Source: an uncultured Flavobacteriaceae bacterium
GTDB lineage: Bacteria; Bacteroidota; Bacteroidia; Flavobacteriales; Flavobacteriaceae
Assembly (NCBI GenBank): GCA_963816375.1
Contig: CAWFKK010000005.1
Span: 7,345-71,344, forward strand
Direction: 5' to 3'
DNA: 64,000 bases
The translations under genes were made by a program, and so were the position numbers. Position 1 is the stretch's first letter, and every line of letters begins with the position of its first letter. Of this stretch, positions 53,701 through 62,001 are shown piece by piece. The notes beneath the pieces were generated by a model. The model saw nothing but the letters and a program-made list of their open reading frames with translations. It ran no database searches and had not been told where the DNA came from.

Positions 53701-55093
53701 TTAGTTCTTTTGCTGTTTAGACTTACCTAAGTAAAAACTTACTCCCAGATCCAAAATTAAAATAGTGGTCATTTCTCTTCCCATTAATCAGGTAATCTAC
53801 CTCATCATCAAAAGCGATATTGTGTTCTGCAAAAGCTTTAATTCCCATTTTATCGCTAAACATATATTCCAATCCAGCACCATATTGAAATTTGAAATGC
53901 GTGCTACTTATTCCATCCGGAATATCGCTATCAAAACTCATAATTGCTCCAGGCCCGGCATATAAATAAGGACCAAAATTATCATTTGGCAACACTAAAT
54001 ATTTGGCATTTACTTCCAAACCACCAAAGATCTCAGAAAAAGCATTTTTCGTCTTCAATTCAAAAGCACTGGCTGCAATATTTAAGGAGAAAGACCTAGC
54101 TATTCGTTGTTCATAATCCAACTTTATTAAACCTCCATATTCTTCTTGATTGTAATCGCCACTCATAAGGGCAGTTCCAACTGAGACTCCAAAAGCAGCA
54201 TTATAAGGCCTCTCTACATATTTTCTATCATATAATTTGGTAAGAGCGGCTTCATTCTTTTCCTCATTATATTTTGCAATCATTAATTCTCCATTTTCAT
54301 CTCCTTCTTTTATTTGCCAAAGATTATCTTGCACACCCTCTACGATTAATCCTTCCACGGCTTTTTCTATAGCTTCCTTAACAGCAAGTTGAACCGGCTC
54401 ATTTCTAGTAAAGCCAACTTCAACCTCTAATAATCTTTGAAAATTTACATATTTAAAAAGACTGGCATCTAATGCCTGAGATAGTATAGTTTTGGAAACA
54501 TAAATATTCTTCAAAATTTTTCCGCTAGATGTAGAAATAGCTCTTAGGTATACTGTAACTCTATCTTCTCTATATTGAGTACTTCCTCCAACTCCAAAAT
54601 ATCTGGCGCCCATTCCTCCGGTAATAATATTAGTGTCATAGGAAACAATACCCCCTTCTAGTAATACTCCAGCATATAATAATGGTGGTAATTGGGGTTC
54701 ATCTGAATTGGAATTTGCTCTATACTCTTGTCTAGTAGATCTTATGATGTTTCGTTCATTAAGTAAATTTCCTATATTTTCTCGTTCTATAGGAACAAAC
54801 CATTTAGAGTCTTCTAAAGCTTTAATCAATATAGAAGTAGCTCCCTGAGTAACGGCCGTACTAAAAGTACTTCCTAGATCAGATTGCTTGTATTGGCCTG
54901 TAAGATCTCTAAAGTTATAAACACCAACAACCACTTTTTCATTAGGTTCCGGTAAATTTTGCAGTCGCTCTGTTACAGCAGATGTTTCTCCTATCCTTGC
55001 TTCTTTAATAGCTACAGGCTGATTGAAAAAAGCACCACAAGATGTAAACATGACACATAGAAATGCCATGACAATTCTGTTAAGTAGGTTCAT
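53701..55093 (-). CDS. csgG: Curli secretion channel CsgG with C-terminal outer-membrane beta-barrel (frameshift near the 3' end)
   Basis: Lipobox TSC; VYNFRDLTGQYK, STAVTQGA, WFVPIERE..NLLNERNIIR, EGGIVSYD, GARYFGVG..QYR.D; ~170 extra aa with alternating beta-strands, corrected end LGVSFYLG...*. Confidence 0.93.
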
Positions 55094-55105
55094 AAGTAAG
55101 ATTAA

Positions 55106-55510
55106 TTAATTTGGTATTACAATTTGGGTTTGTTCTCCAGTATTCTTATCAAGAATATTAATTACTAAACCTTCTTCGGAAGGATAAATATCTAAAATCA
55201 AGCTTCCAAAAGTATAGGCTCCAGGTTTTAATCCTCCATCTCCAAACTGATCTGTAAAGAGTTTTCTGGAAACTTGCCCCAATATTTGTGAATTTAAACT
55301 TTGGGTAAATTGATCAATTTCTGATAAATCTTCTCGATTAGAAAGACTAGGATCTTTAAATGAGTTTTGCGCTTGTGCTGAACTTAATAACCATTGATAA
55401 TTATAAGGATTTCCCCCAAATGAAGAATTTATTGGGTGGTAAACTAAATCCTGCGCATTCATTGTAAAGCAACCAAAACAAATAAATAATAATAGTAGTA
55501 ATGATTTCAT
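55106..55510 (-). CDS. csgF: Curli assembly component CsgF
   Basis: LVYHPINSSFGGNPYN..LLSSAQAQN.FKDP; C-terminal DKNTGEQTQI. Confidence 0.95.
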   Translation of the reverse strand: MKSLLLLLFICFGCFTMNAQDLVYHPINSSFGGNPYNYQWLLSSAQAQNSFKDPSLSNREDLSEIDQFTQSLNSQILGQVSRKLFTDQFGDGGLKPGAYTFGSLILDIYPSEEGLVINILDKNTGEQTQIVIPN

Positions 55511-55527
55511 AGGCAAATACATTTGGG

Positions 55528-56298
55528 TTAATATTGATTAATACTCATATCGCGATTTTTTATATATTCAAAATACCTATTCACCTGCCTTAAAGCTTCA
55601 TCTGCCTTTTCTTCTAAATAATCCAATTTAGGACGTGCAAAAAATTGAAAGATGATCTTATCCTCAATCTTAACAATGATCTTTGTAGTACGACCAAAAC
55701 TTATCATTTCATCTATATGAATAATTTGGTCTCCTTGGCTTGAACTTAACCGATACTTCTGAGAAAAAAAATCATAAAAATCTTTTCCAGGCTTGGTTTT
55801 GGTACTTTCTGTAACCATACCTTTTAAATTAAGTCCTTCATTTTTGCGTTTATAAGAAACATTAGCTTCTTCTTTTTTAAGATCAGAAGTTTCTTTATCA
55901 TCAAAAACAAGGCGCTTTGTCCCCATAACTTCATCCTCATCATTATAAATAATTAGTAGCACCACTTTATTTTGACTTGGGGATATTCCAATAGTTGTAG
56001 TAGCAAGATTTTTAGATTGAAATGGCTCTAAAGTAAATCTACCAGACTGCACACTTTTGGAGGAATTATTAGTAGAAGATGTTGAAATTACAGAAAATTC
56101 ATACTTCAAGCTGAAATTAGTTTCTGTGAGGTTTTTTGCAGAGGCAATTAATTCTGTTACTTCATTAGTATTTTCTCCCGTGTTTATAATGGCCTCCACT
56201 TGAGAATTGAAGTTTTGCGAAAACGCATTAAATCCTATTAAAAATAGGATTAGATTAAAAATGATTTGATATTTAAATTTCAATTTAAATAATACCAT
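55528..56298 (-). CDS. csgE: Curli accessory protein: CsgH-like N-terminal domain + CsgE domain
   Basis: C-terminal GMVTESTKTKPGKDFYDFF matches the CsgE G-x-x-x-D/E-x-T-x-T-x-x-G-x-x-F-Y pattern; N-terminal YEFSVI..NSSKSVQSGRF is CsgH-like. Confidence 0.75.
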   Translation of the reverse strand: MVLFKLKFKYQIIFNLILFLIGFNAFSQNFNSQVEAIINTGENTNEVTELIASAKNLTETNFSLKYEFSVISTSSTNNSSKSVQSGRFTLEPFQSKNLATTTIGISPSQNKVVLLIIYNDEDEVMGTKRLVFDDKETSDLKKEEANVSYKRKNEGLNLKGMVTESTKTKPGKDFYDFFSQKYRLSSSQGDQIIHIDEMISFGRTTKIIVKIEDKIIFQFFARPKLDYLEEKADEALRQVNRYFEYIKNRDMSINQY

Positions 56299-56816
56299 TA
56301 TTTAAAGTTTCTTATGATCAGGGTTTTAGAATTCCCTGTCATGTTAAATTGTAAATTATCTCCTATACTATTAGAACCAAATCTTTCAAAATGAAGATCA
56401 TTCCCTTTCTGCATCAGATTTAATGATATTTCACTATCCGGGCTAAACACACTATCCATTAGATAATTATTATTACCATGCTGAACTATATTTGTTTGAA
56501 CTTTTAGCGTACTGATGTTCAAGTTAATATAATTATTTGAACCTTTTTGAATTAATTGAATATCACTCTCTGAGGTGTTAATTGAAACCATAGATAAATT
56601 ACGCTCCCCAATTTGTTCAATATAAATCTGATTTAGATTAGTTTGGATTTTATTCAGACTACTATTTATCCCAACCTGTGAAGTAAATGCAGATAGTTCT
56701 TGCCTACTTAACTCTAAAGGATCTAGTTGAAGTTTATTATTATTTTGCCCCGACATAGATGTAATGCCGAAAAAAATAAAAAGCAAAAAAGTTAATTGAG
56801 TAATATTAAATTTCAT
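56298..56816 (-). CDS. csgB: Minor curlin / nucleator (CsgB-like)
   Basis: Signal peptide; degenerate curlin repeats IEQIGERN, LIQKGSNN, IVQHGNNN, LMQKGND. Confidence 0.75.
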   Translation of the reverse strand: MKFNITQLTFLLFIFFGITSMSGQNNNKLQLDPLELSRQELSAFTSQVGINSSLNKIQTNLNQIYIEQIGERNLSMVSINTSESDIQLIQKGSNNYINLNISTLKVQTNIVQHGNNNYLMDSVFSPDSEISLNLMQKGNDLHFERFGSNSIGDNLQFNMTGNSKTLIIRNFK

Positions 56817-56833
56817 GTTGAGTTAATTTTAAT

Positions 56834-56866
56834 AAAAAGACTAAGGGCAGTAATGAGCCCTTAGCC
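56834..56866 (-). terminator. Intra-operon hairpin/terminator between csgA and csgB
   Basis: CTAAGGGC-tcattact-GCCCTTAG followed by TCTTTTT on the minus strand. Confidence 0.75.
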
Positions 56867-56890
56867 TCTCCATTCTAAAATTCTATATAA

Positions 56891-57670
56891 TTAAAAACTA
56901 GACTGAACTACTTTAGCAGAGTTAAACCCTCCTTCTTGGTGGATCATACTAACATCAGACCATCCACTCTGACTAACTCTAGCTGTGTTACCCCAACCTT
57001 CTTGGCAAATACCAGAAAAATTCCATTTTCCAGATTGATCTACCACAGCTTTGTTCCACTCACCTCTTTGGTTAATCATAGACTCTTCGCTATATCCGGT
57101 TTGATCTACTCTTGCAGTATTGTGATCACCATCTTGCTCGATTTCAGAATCATTTCTAGCATCAGATTGCATTACAACTGCTAAGTTATCTTTCCCTTCT
57201 TGCTCAATATCAGAATCTTGACTATATCCGCTTTGGTTTACACGAGCAACGTTTCTATTACCTTCCTGTTCAATATCTGAATCTCCATAATGTCCAGTTT
57301 GCGTTACATAAGCCTCGTTTTCTCCGTTGTCATGATTACCATATCCATACCCATGACCATGACTTTCTCTTCCTTCTTGTTCGATATCAGATTCATTCAT
57401 GTGCCCGCTCTGGTTAACTTTTGCAAAGTTTTTATCATCTTCCTGTTTAATGTCAGAATCTTGGCTATACCCAACCTGCATTACTCTAGCCATGTTGCCT
57501 TTACCATCTTGATCAACATCAGAATTGTGTTCTGAAGTTCCTACTTGTTGTACGATCGCATCGTTGTGCCACCCTTCTTGTGTAATTTCACTGTAATTAG
57601 GATTTCCCATTTGAGCGAACCCTACCGCTCCAAACATTAGTGCACCTGCACTTAAAATAACTTTTTTCAT
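56891..57670 (-). CDS. csgA: Major curlin subunit (CsgA-like), 10 repeats
   Basis: Signal peptide then ten ~22-aa S-x-I-x-Q-x-G-x-x-N-x-A-x-V-x-Q repeats. Confidence 0.93.
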   Translation of the reverse strand: MKKVILSAGALMFGAVGFAQMGNPNYSEITQEGWHNDAIVQQVGTSEHNSDVDQDGKGNMARVMQVGYSQDSDIKQEDDKNFAKVNQSGHMNESDIEQEGRESHGHGYGYGNHDNGENEAYVTQTGHYGDSDIEQEGNRNVARVNQSGYSQDSDIEQEGKDNLAVVMQSDARNDSEIEQDGDHNTARVDQTGYSEESMINQRGEWNKAVVDQSGKWNFSGICQEGWGNTARVSQSGWSDVSMIHQEGGFNSAKVVQSSF

Positions 57671-58203
57671 AATTAATTGTTTAGTTGTTAATAAATTTTT
57701 GACTATATGCTAACTTCCATTAGATGGAATTATGACATATCACGTTGAAAAATATTTTGTAGGGGCGAAAAAATATGGGGTGTAAAAATGGAATGAATTA
57801 GATGATGAATTTTAACAATTTATGTTAATGCACATCTTTTTGGGGAGGAGAGTACTTTAAACACTTTTAATTTTAAACTTAATTTAAATTTGAATATTCA
57901 AATAGACTATGAGTAAAAGCCTAAATATCCTGTTAAGTTAAAAACTAATAATTCATCAACCAAAGAACCAATTCTTTACTTTTGATATTTCAAATGTGCA
58001 AATAAATTATTAAACCCACAAAACATTTAAAATCTGTAAATTACAGATTAACAATTTTTGTAAGAATTGCCTTATAGGAATTTAACCCTTGAATTATGTT
58101 AAAAGCAAAAAATATGTTAATGAACACAAAAAAAGGTTTGAGATCGATTTGTTAAATTTTTGTTAAAAATATTAACTGATTAATTATTAAATTTTTATAA
58201 AAC

Positions 58204-58233
58204 AAAAAGCCACACTTTAAAAGTGTGGCTTTT
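58204..58233. terminator. Intrinsic terminator after glutamine synthetase
   Basis: AAAAGCCACACTTT-a-AAAGTGTGGCTTTT. Confidence 0.9.
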
Positions 58234-58251
58234 GAATATAATTAATGTTAC

Positions 58252-60438
58252 CTAGCGTGTAAACAATAATTCTCTGTATTTGGTTAAAGGCCAGGTTTCG
58301 TCATCTACCAAAAGTTCTAGTTTATCACAATGGTATCTAATTTCTTCGAAAAATGGTTTTACCGTATCGCAATATGCAAATGCTCTTTCCTCGGCATCTT
58401 CAATAACATTTGCTTTTTTACGAGCATCTGTCATTTTATTTACATCTGCATTAATATGCTCAATATGTCCGGAAATAGCTTCTATAATTCCTATTTGTTC
58501 TTTAGAATGTTTTTTGAAATCTTTATCAAAAATCTCCTTTAATCCACGAACATTTTCAATTAAAACATTTTGATATCTAATAGCCGTTGGAATTACATGA
58601 TTTCTTGCAATATCTCCTAAGATTCTACCTTCAATCTGAATTCTCATTGAGTAATCTTCCAATTCAATTTCGTGACGAGCTTCTAATTCTCTCTTGTTCA
58701 TCACTTTCATTTCCTTATAAAGCTCAATAGTTTGTTTAGAAACCTTAGCTTTTAAAGCAGTTGGAGTAGTTTTATTATTACTTAAACCACGTTTCTTAGC
58801 TTCTTGTTGCCATGCTTCCCCATATCCATCTCCTTCAAATCTAATTTTCTTAGATTTTTTAATGTATTCTCTCAATACATTGAAGATAGCATCATCTTTC
58901 TTCATTTTTTCATCCTTCACCAAGGCATCTACACTTTTCTTAAAATCTTTAAGTTGTTTTGCAACAATTGTATTAAGAACCGTCATTGCATTAGCACAGT
59001 TTGCTGTAGAACCAACAGCTCTAAACTCAAATTTATTGCCTGTGAAGGCAAATGGAGAAGTTCTGTTTCTATCTGTATTATCTAATAAGATCTCTGGGAT
59101 CTTACCAACAACGTTTAATTTAAGATCGGTTTTCTCTTGAGGAGATAATTTACCATCGGTAACTTTTTCCAGCTCATCTAAAACTGCTGTAAGTTGACTT
59201 CCAATAAATGCAGAAATAATTGCCGGTGGCGCTTCGTTAGCTCCTAATCTATGATCATTAGATGCACTTGCAATGGTTGCTCTAAGCAATTCTTCGTGAT
59301 CGTGTACCGCTTTAATAGTATTTATAAAGAAGGTTAAGAATTGTAAATTCTTCATAGGAGTACTTCCTGGACTTAACAAGTTAGTTCCAGTATCTGTACT
59401 TAATGACCAGTTATTATGTTTACCACTTCCGTTAATTCCTTTAAAAGGTTTTTCATGGAATAAAACTTTAAAGTTGTGTCTTTCTCCAACTTTATCCATA
59501 AGATCCATAAGTAATGAGTTATGATCTACCGCAAGATTAGCTTCTTCAAAAATCGGTGCTAATTCAAATTGGTTTGGAGCAACTTCATTATGTCTTGTCT
59601 TTACAGGAATTCCTAAAAGCATACATTCTATCTCCAAATCTCTCATAAATGCCAAAGCTCTACTTGGAATAGAACCAAAATAATGATCGTCTAATTGTTG
59701 ACCTTTAGCAGGAGAATGTCCTAATAAAGTTCTACCTGATAGTTGAAGATCTGGTCTGGAAGCATACAATGCAGAATCTATAAGGAAATATTCCTGTTCC
59801 CAACCAAGCGTTGCAATAACCTTAGATACATTTTTATCGAAGTATTTACAAACCGCTGTTGCAGCAGAATCTACAGATTGTAATGCTCTTAAAAGAGGTG
59901 TTTTATAATCTAATGCTTCTCCAGTATACGAAACATATACGGTAGGAATACATAAAGTTGTTCCATATATAAATGCAGGAGATGTAGGATCCCAGGCAGT
60001 ATAACCTCTAGCTTCAAAAGTATTTCTTATTCCTCCATGTGGGAAACTTGAAGCATCTGGTTCTTGTTGAACTAATTGAGTTCCACCAAATTTTTCAATT
60101 GCAAGTCCATCCCCAATAGTTTCAAAAAATGCATCATGCTTTTCTGCTGTTGCTCCTGTTAAAGGCTGAAACCAGTGTGTATAATGAGTAACTCCTTTCG
60201 AGATTGCCCATTCTTTCATTCCTGTAGAAATATGATCTGCTACCCCTCTGCTAATTTTTGTTCCCTTAAGGGTGGCATCTTTTACGCTCTGATAAGCTTC
60301 CTTAGTAAGGAATTGTCTCATCACTGTTTCGTTAAAAACATTTCTTCCAAAAAGTTCAGATCTACGATCTCCCTCATCAATCTTAATCGGTTTTCTGTTT
60401 AAAGTCTCTTTTAGAGCTTGAAATCTCAAAGTTGCCAT
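58252..60438 (-). CDS. glnN: Glutamine synthetase type III
   Basis: THWFQPLTGATAEKHD, EPDASSFP, GWEQEYF, HNEVAPNQFE, HEKPF.GINGSGKHNNW, RLGANEAPP, DRNRTSPFAFTGNKFEFR. Confidence 0.96.
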   Translation of the reverse strand: MATLRFQALKETLNRKPIKIDEGDRRSELFGRNVFNETVMRQFLTKEAYQSVKDATLKGTKISRGVADHISTGMKEWAISKGVTHYTHWFQPLTGATAEKHDAFFETIGDGLAIEKFGGTQLVQQEPDASSFPHGGIRNTFEARGYTAWDPTSPAFIYGTTLCIPTVYVSYTGEALDYKTPLLRALQSVDSAATAVCKYFDKNVSKVIATLGWEQEYFLIDSALYASRPDLQLSGRTLLGHSPAKGQQLDDHYFGSIPSRALAFMRDLEIECMLLGIPVKTRHNEVAPNQFELAPIFEEANLAVDHNSLLMDLMDKVGERHNFKVLFHEKPFKGINGSGKHNNWSLSTDTGTNLLSPGSTPMKNLQFLTFFINTIKAVHDHEELLRATIASASNDHRLGANEAPPAIISAFIGSQLTAVLDELEKVTDGKLSPQEKTDLKLNVVGKIPEILLDNTDRNRTSPFAFTGNKFEFRAVGSTANCANAMTVLNTIVAKQLKDFKKSVDALVKDEKMKKDDAIFNVLREYIKKSKKIRFEGDGYGEAWQQEAKKRGLSNNKTTPTALKAKVSKQTIELYKEMKVMNKRELEARHEIELEDYSMRIQIEGRILGDIARNHVIPTAIRYQNVLIENVRGLKEIFDKDFKKHSKEQIGIIEAISGHIEHINADVNKMTDARKKANVIEDAEERAFAYCDTVKPFFEEIRYHCDKLELLVDDETWPLTKYRELLFTR

Positions 60439-60471
60439 ATGGAGTTGTTTAATTTTTTTAAAATACTCCGA

Positions 60472-60514
60472 CAAAAATACAAGTTTTTAGAATACACCCC
60501 CTAAAATTTAGGGG
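60472..60514 (-). promoter_or_regulatory. glnN promoter: -7 box plus palindromic operator candidate
   Basis: TATTTTTG on the minus strand (60479-60472); CCCCTAAA-A-TTTAGGGG at 60498-60514. Confidence 0.55.
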
Positions 60515-60558
60515 TAAAAAAACTTAAATTTTACTTAAATAACTTCCAACCCCTTAAA

Positions 60559-61503
60559 TTAATGTGAAAATGCCATTCCAATAAAAATTGCATAGGCAGC
60601 AAAAAGCACAAGTCCTTTATAGCGCCCCAGGATAAATCTGCGGGGTAAGAATGCTAAAGGAATAAGAATAAAAGCGAAACCAATCATCCAAAAGATATCA
60701 TTGGTAAGGATCTCAGCAGATTTTACAAAAATGGGTTTTATTACAGCCGTAAGTCCTAAGACAGAAGCAATATTAAAGATATTAGATCCTATAAGATTTC
60801 CTAAAGAGATGGCTTTTTCTTTTTTAAGAGCCGCAATTACAGATGCTGCCAGTTCTGGAACACTCGTACCTACAGCAATAATAGTAACAGAAATTACTCG
60901 TTCACTCACTCCAATCATTTCAGCCAGATCTACCGCTCCTGCTACCAAAAGTTCAGATCCACCATATAAAGCAGCGGCACCTATAAGTAACCAAACCACC
61001 ACTTTAAAATTACTAGTAGTACTTAATTTATCATCTATACCTTCAATTTCTATATGCTCTTTGCGAGATCTGCGAATTAGAAAAATTAAATAGATCACTA
61101 TTCCTATTAATAAAGCAATCCCTTCTAGCCTGGATAGATTTTCACCTGTCTTCAAAAAATAATAGAGCACCAAAGAGAAGATCATCATAACCGGCCAGTT
61201 AAACCGATAAAAATCTCTGTCTATAGATAACGGAGATATAAAAGCGGTGATTCCAAGTACCAAACCTATGTTTGCGATATTAGATCCAATTACATTTCCT
61301 AAAGCGATATCTGAAAATCCGGTTAAGGCAGCTTGCAAACTCACTAAAAGTTCTGGTGCAGAAGTAGCGAAAGAAACCACGGTAAGACCAATTACCATTT
61401 TAGAAAGATTCAGCTTAAAGGAAAGCGCTACAGAAGATCTTACTAAAAACTCACCTCCTACTACCAGTAAAGCAAAGCCAATAAGGATAAAAACTATACT
61501 CAT
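60559..61503 (-). CDS. Calcium/sodium antiporter (YrbG/CaCA family)
   Basis: Two alpha repeats: ATSAPEL..GNVIGSNIAN and GTSVPEL..GNLIGSNIFN. Confidence 0.95.
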   Translation of the reverse strand: MSIVFILIGFALLVVGGEFLVRSSVALSFKLNLSKMVIGLTVVSFATSAPELLVSLQAALTGFSDIALGNVIGSNIANIGLVLGITAFISPLSIDRDFYRFNWPVMMIFSLVLYYFLKTGENLSRLEGIALLIGIVIYLIFLIRRSRKEHIEIEGIDDKLSTTSNFKVVVWLLIGAAALYGGSELLVAGAVDLAEMIGVSERVISVTIIAVGTSVPELAASVIAALKKEKAISLGNLIGSNIFNIASVLGLTAVIKPIFVKSAEILTNDIFWMIGFAFILIPLAFLPRRFILGRYKGLVLFAAYAIFIGMAFSH

Positions 61504-61560
61504 TATCTATTTTTTTGCGAATATAAAGAAACTAATTCTGCCAAGACAATTTCATTTTCA

Positions 61561-61603
61561 AACTATAAAATTAGGTTTATAACTATTTTTGTAGTTATAT
61601 TTG
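61561..61603 (+). promoter_or_regulatory. Putative BlaI-family operator(s) overlapping the -7 box
   Basis: TATAACTA-N6-TAGTTATA (61578-61599); weaker copy AACTA-N6-TAGGT (61561-61576); TATATTTG at 61596-61603. Confidence 0.65.
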
Positions 61604-61639
61604 AAAGCAATTACAATTTAAGCTCTTAATTTTTTAAAT

Positions 61640-61999
61640 ATGGATAAGTTAACAAATAAAGAAGAAGAGATCATGCATATCTTATGGAAGCTTAAAAAAG
61701 CTTTTGTAAAAGAGATCTTAGGGGAGATTACAGAAGAGAGCCTCCATTACAATACGGTTTCAACCATAGTAAGAAATTTGGAGGAAAAGGGATATGTTTC
61801 TCATCAAGCCTTTGGAAAAACGCATCAATACTTTCCTGTGTTAAGCAAAGAGGTTTATAAAAAGCAATTTATGAATACGGCTACGCAAAAATTCTTCGAC
61901 AATTCTTATAAGAGCATGGTTTCATTTTTCGCGAAAGAAGAAAAGATTAGCGCAGAAGAATTGAGAGAGATCCTAGAATTAATTGAGAAAAAGGAGTAA
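61640..61999 (+). CDS. BlaI/MecI/CopY-family repressor
   Basis: LTNKEEEIMHILW, YNTVSTIVRNLEEKGYV, FFDNS..MVSFF. Confidence 0.95.
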   Translation: MDKLTNKEEEIMHILWKLKKAFVKEILGEITEESLHYNTVSTIVRNLEEKGYVSHQAFGKTHQYFPVLSKEVYKKQFMNTATQKFFDNSYKSMVSFFAKEEKISAEELREILELIEKKE

Positions 62000-62001
62000 T
62001 T

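Noticed and set aside
52100-58250. Curli locus as a mobile genomic island
   Set aside because: No integrase, transposase, tRNA or flanking direct repeats seen. It may be accessory, but mobility is unsupported.
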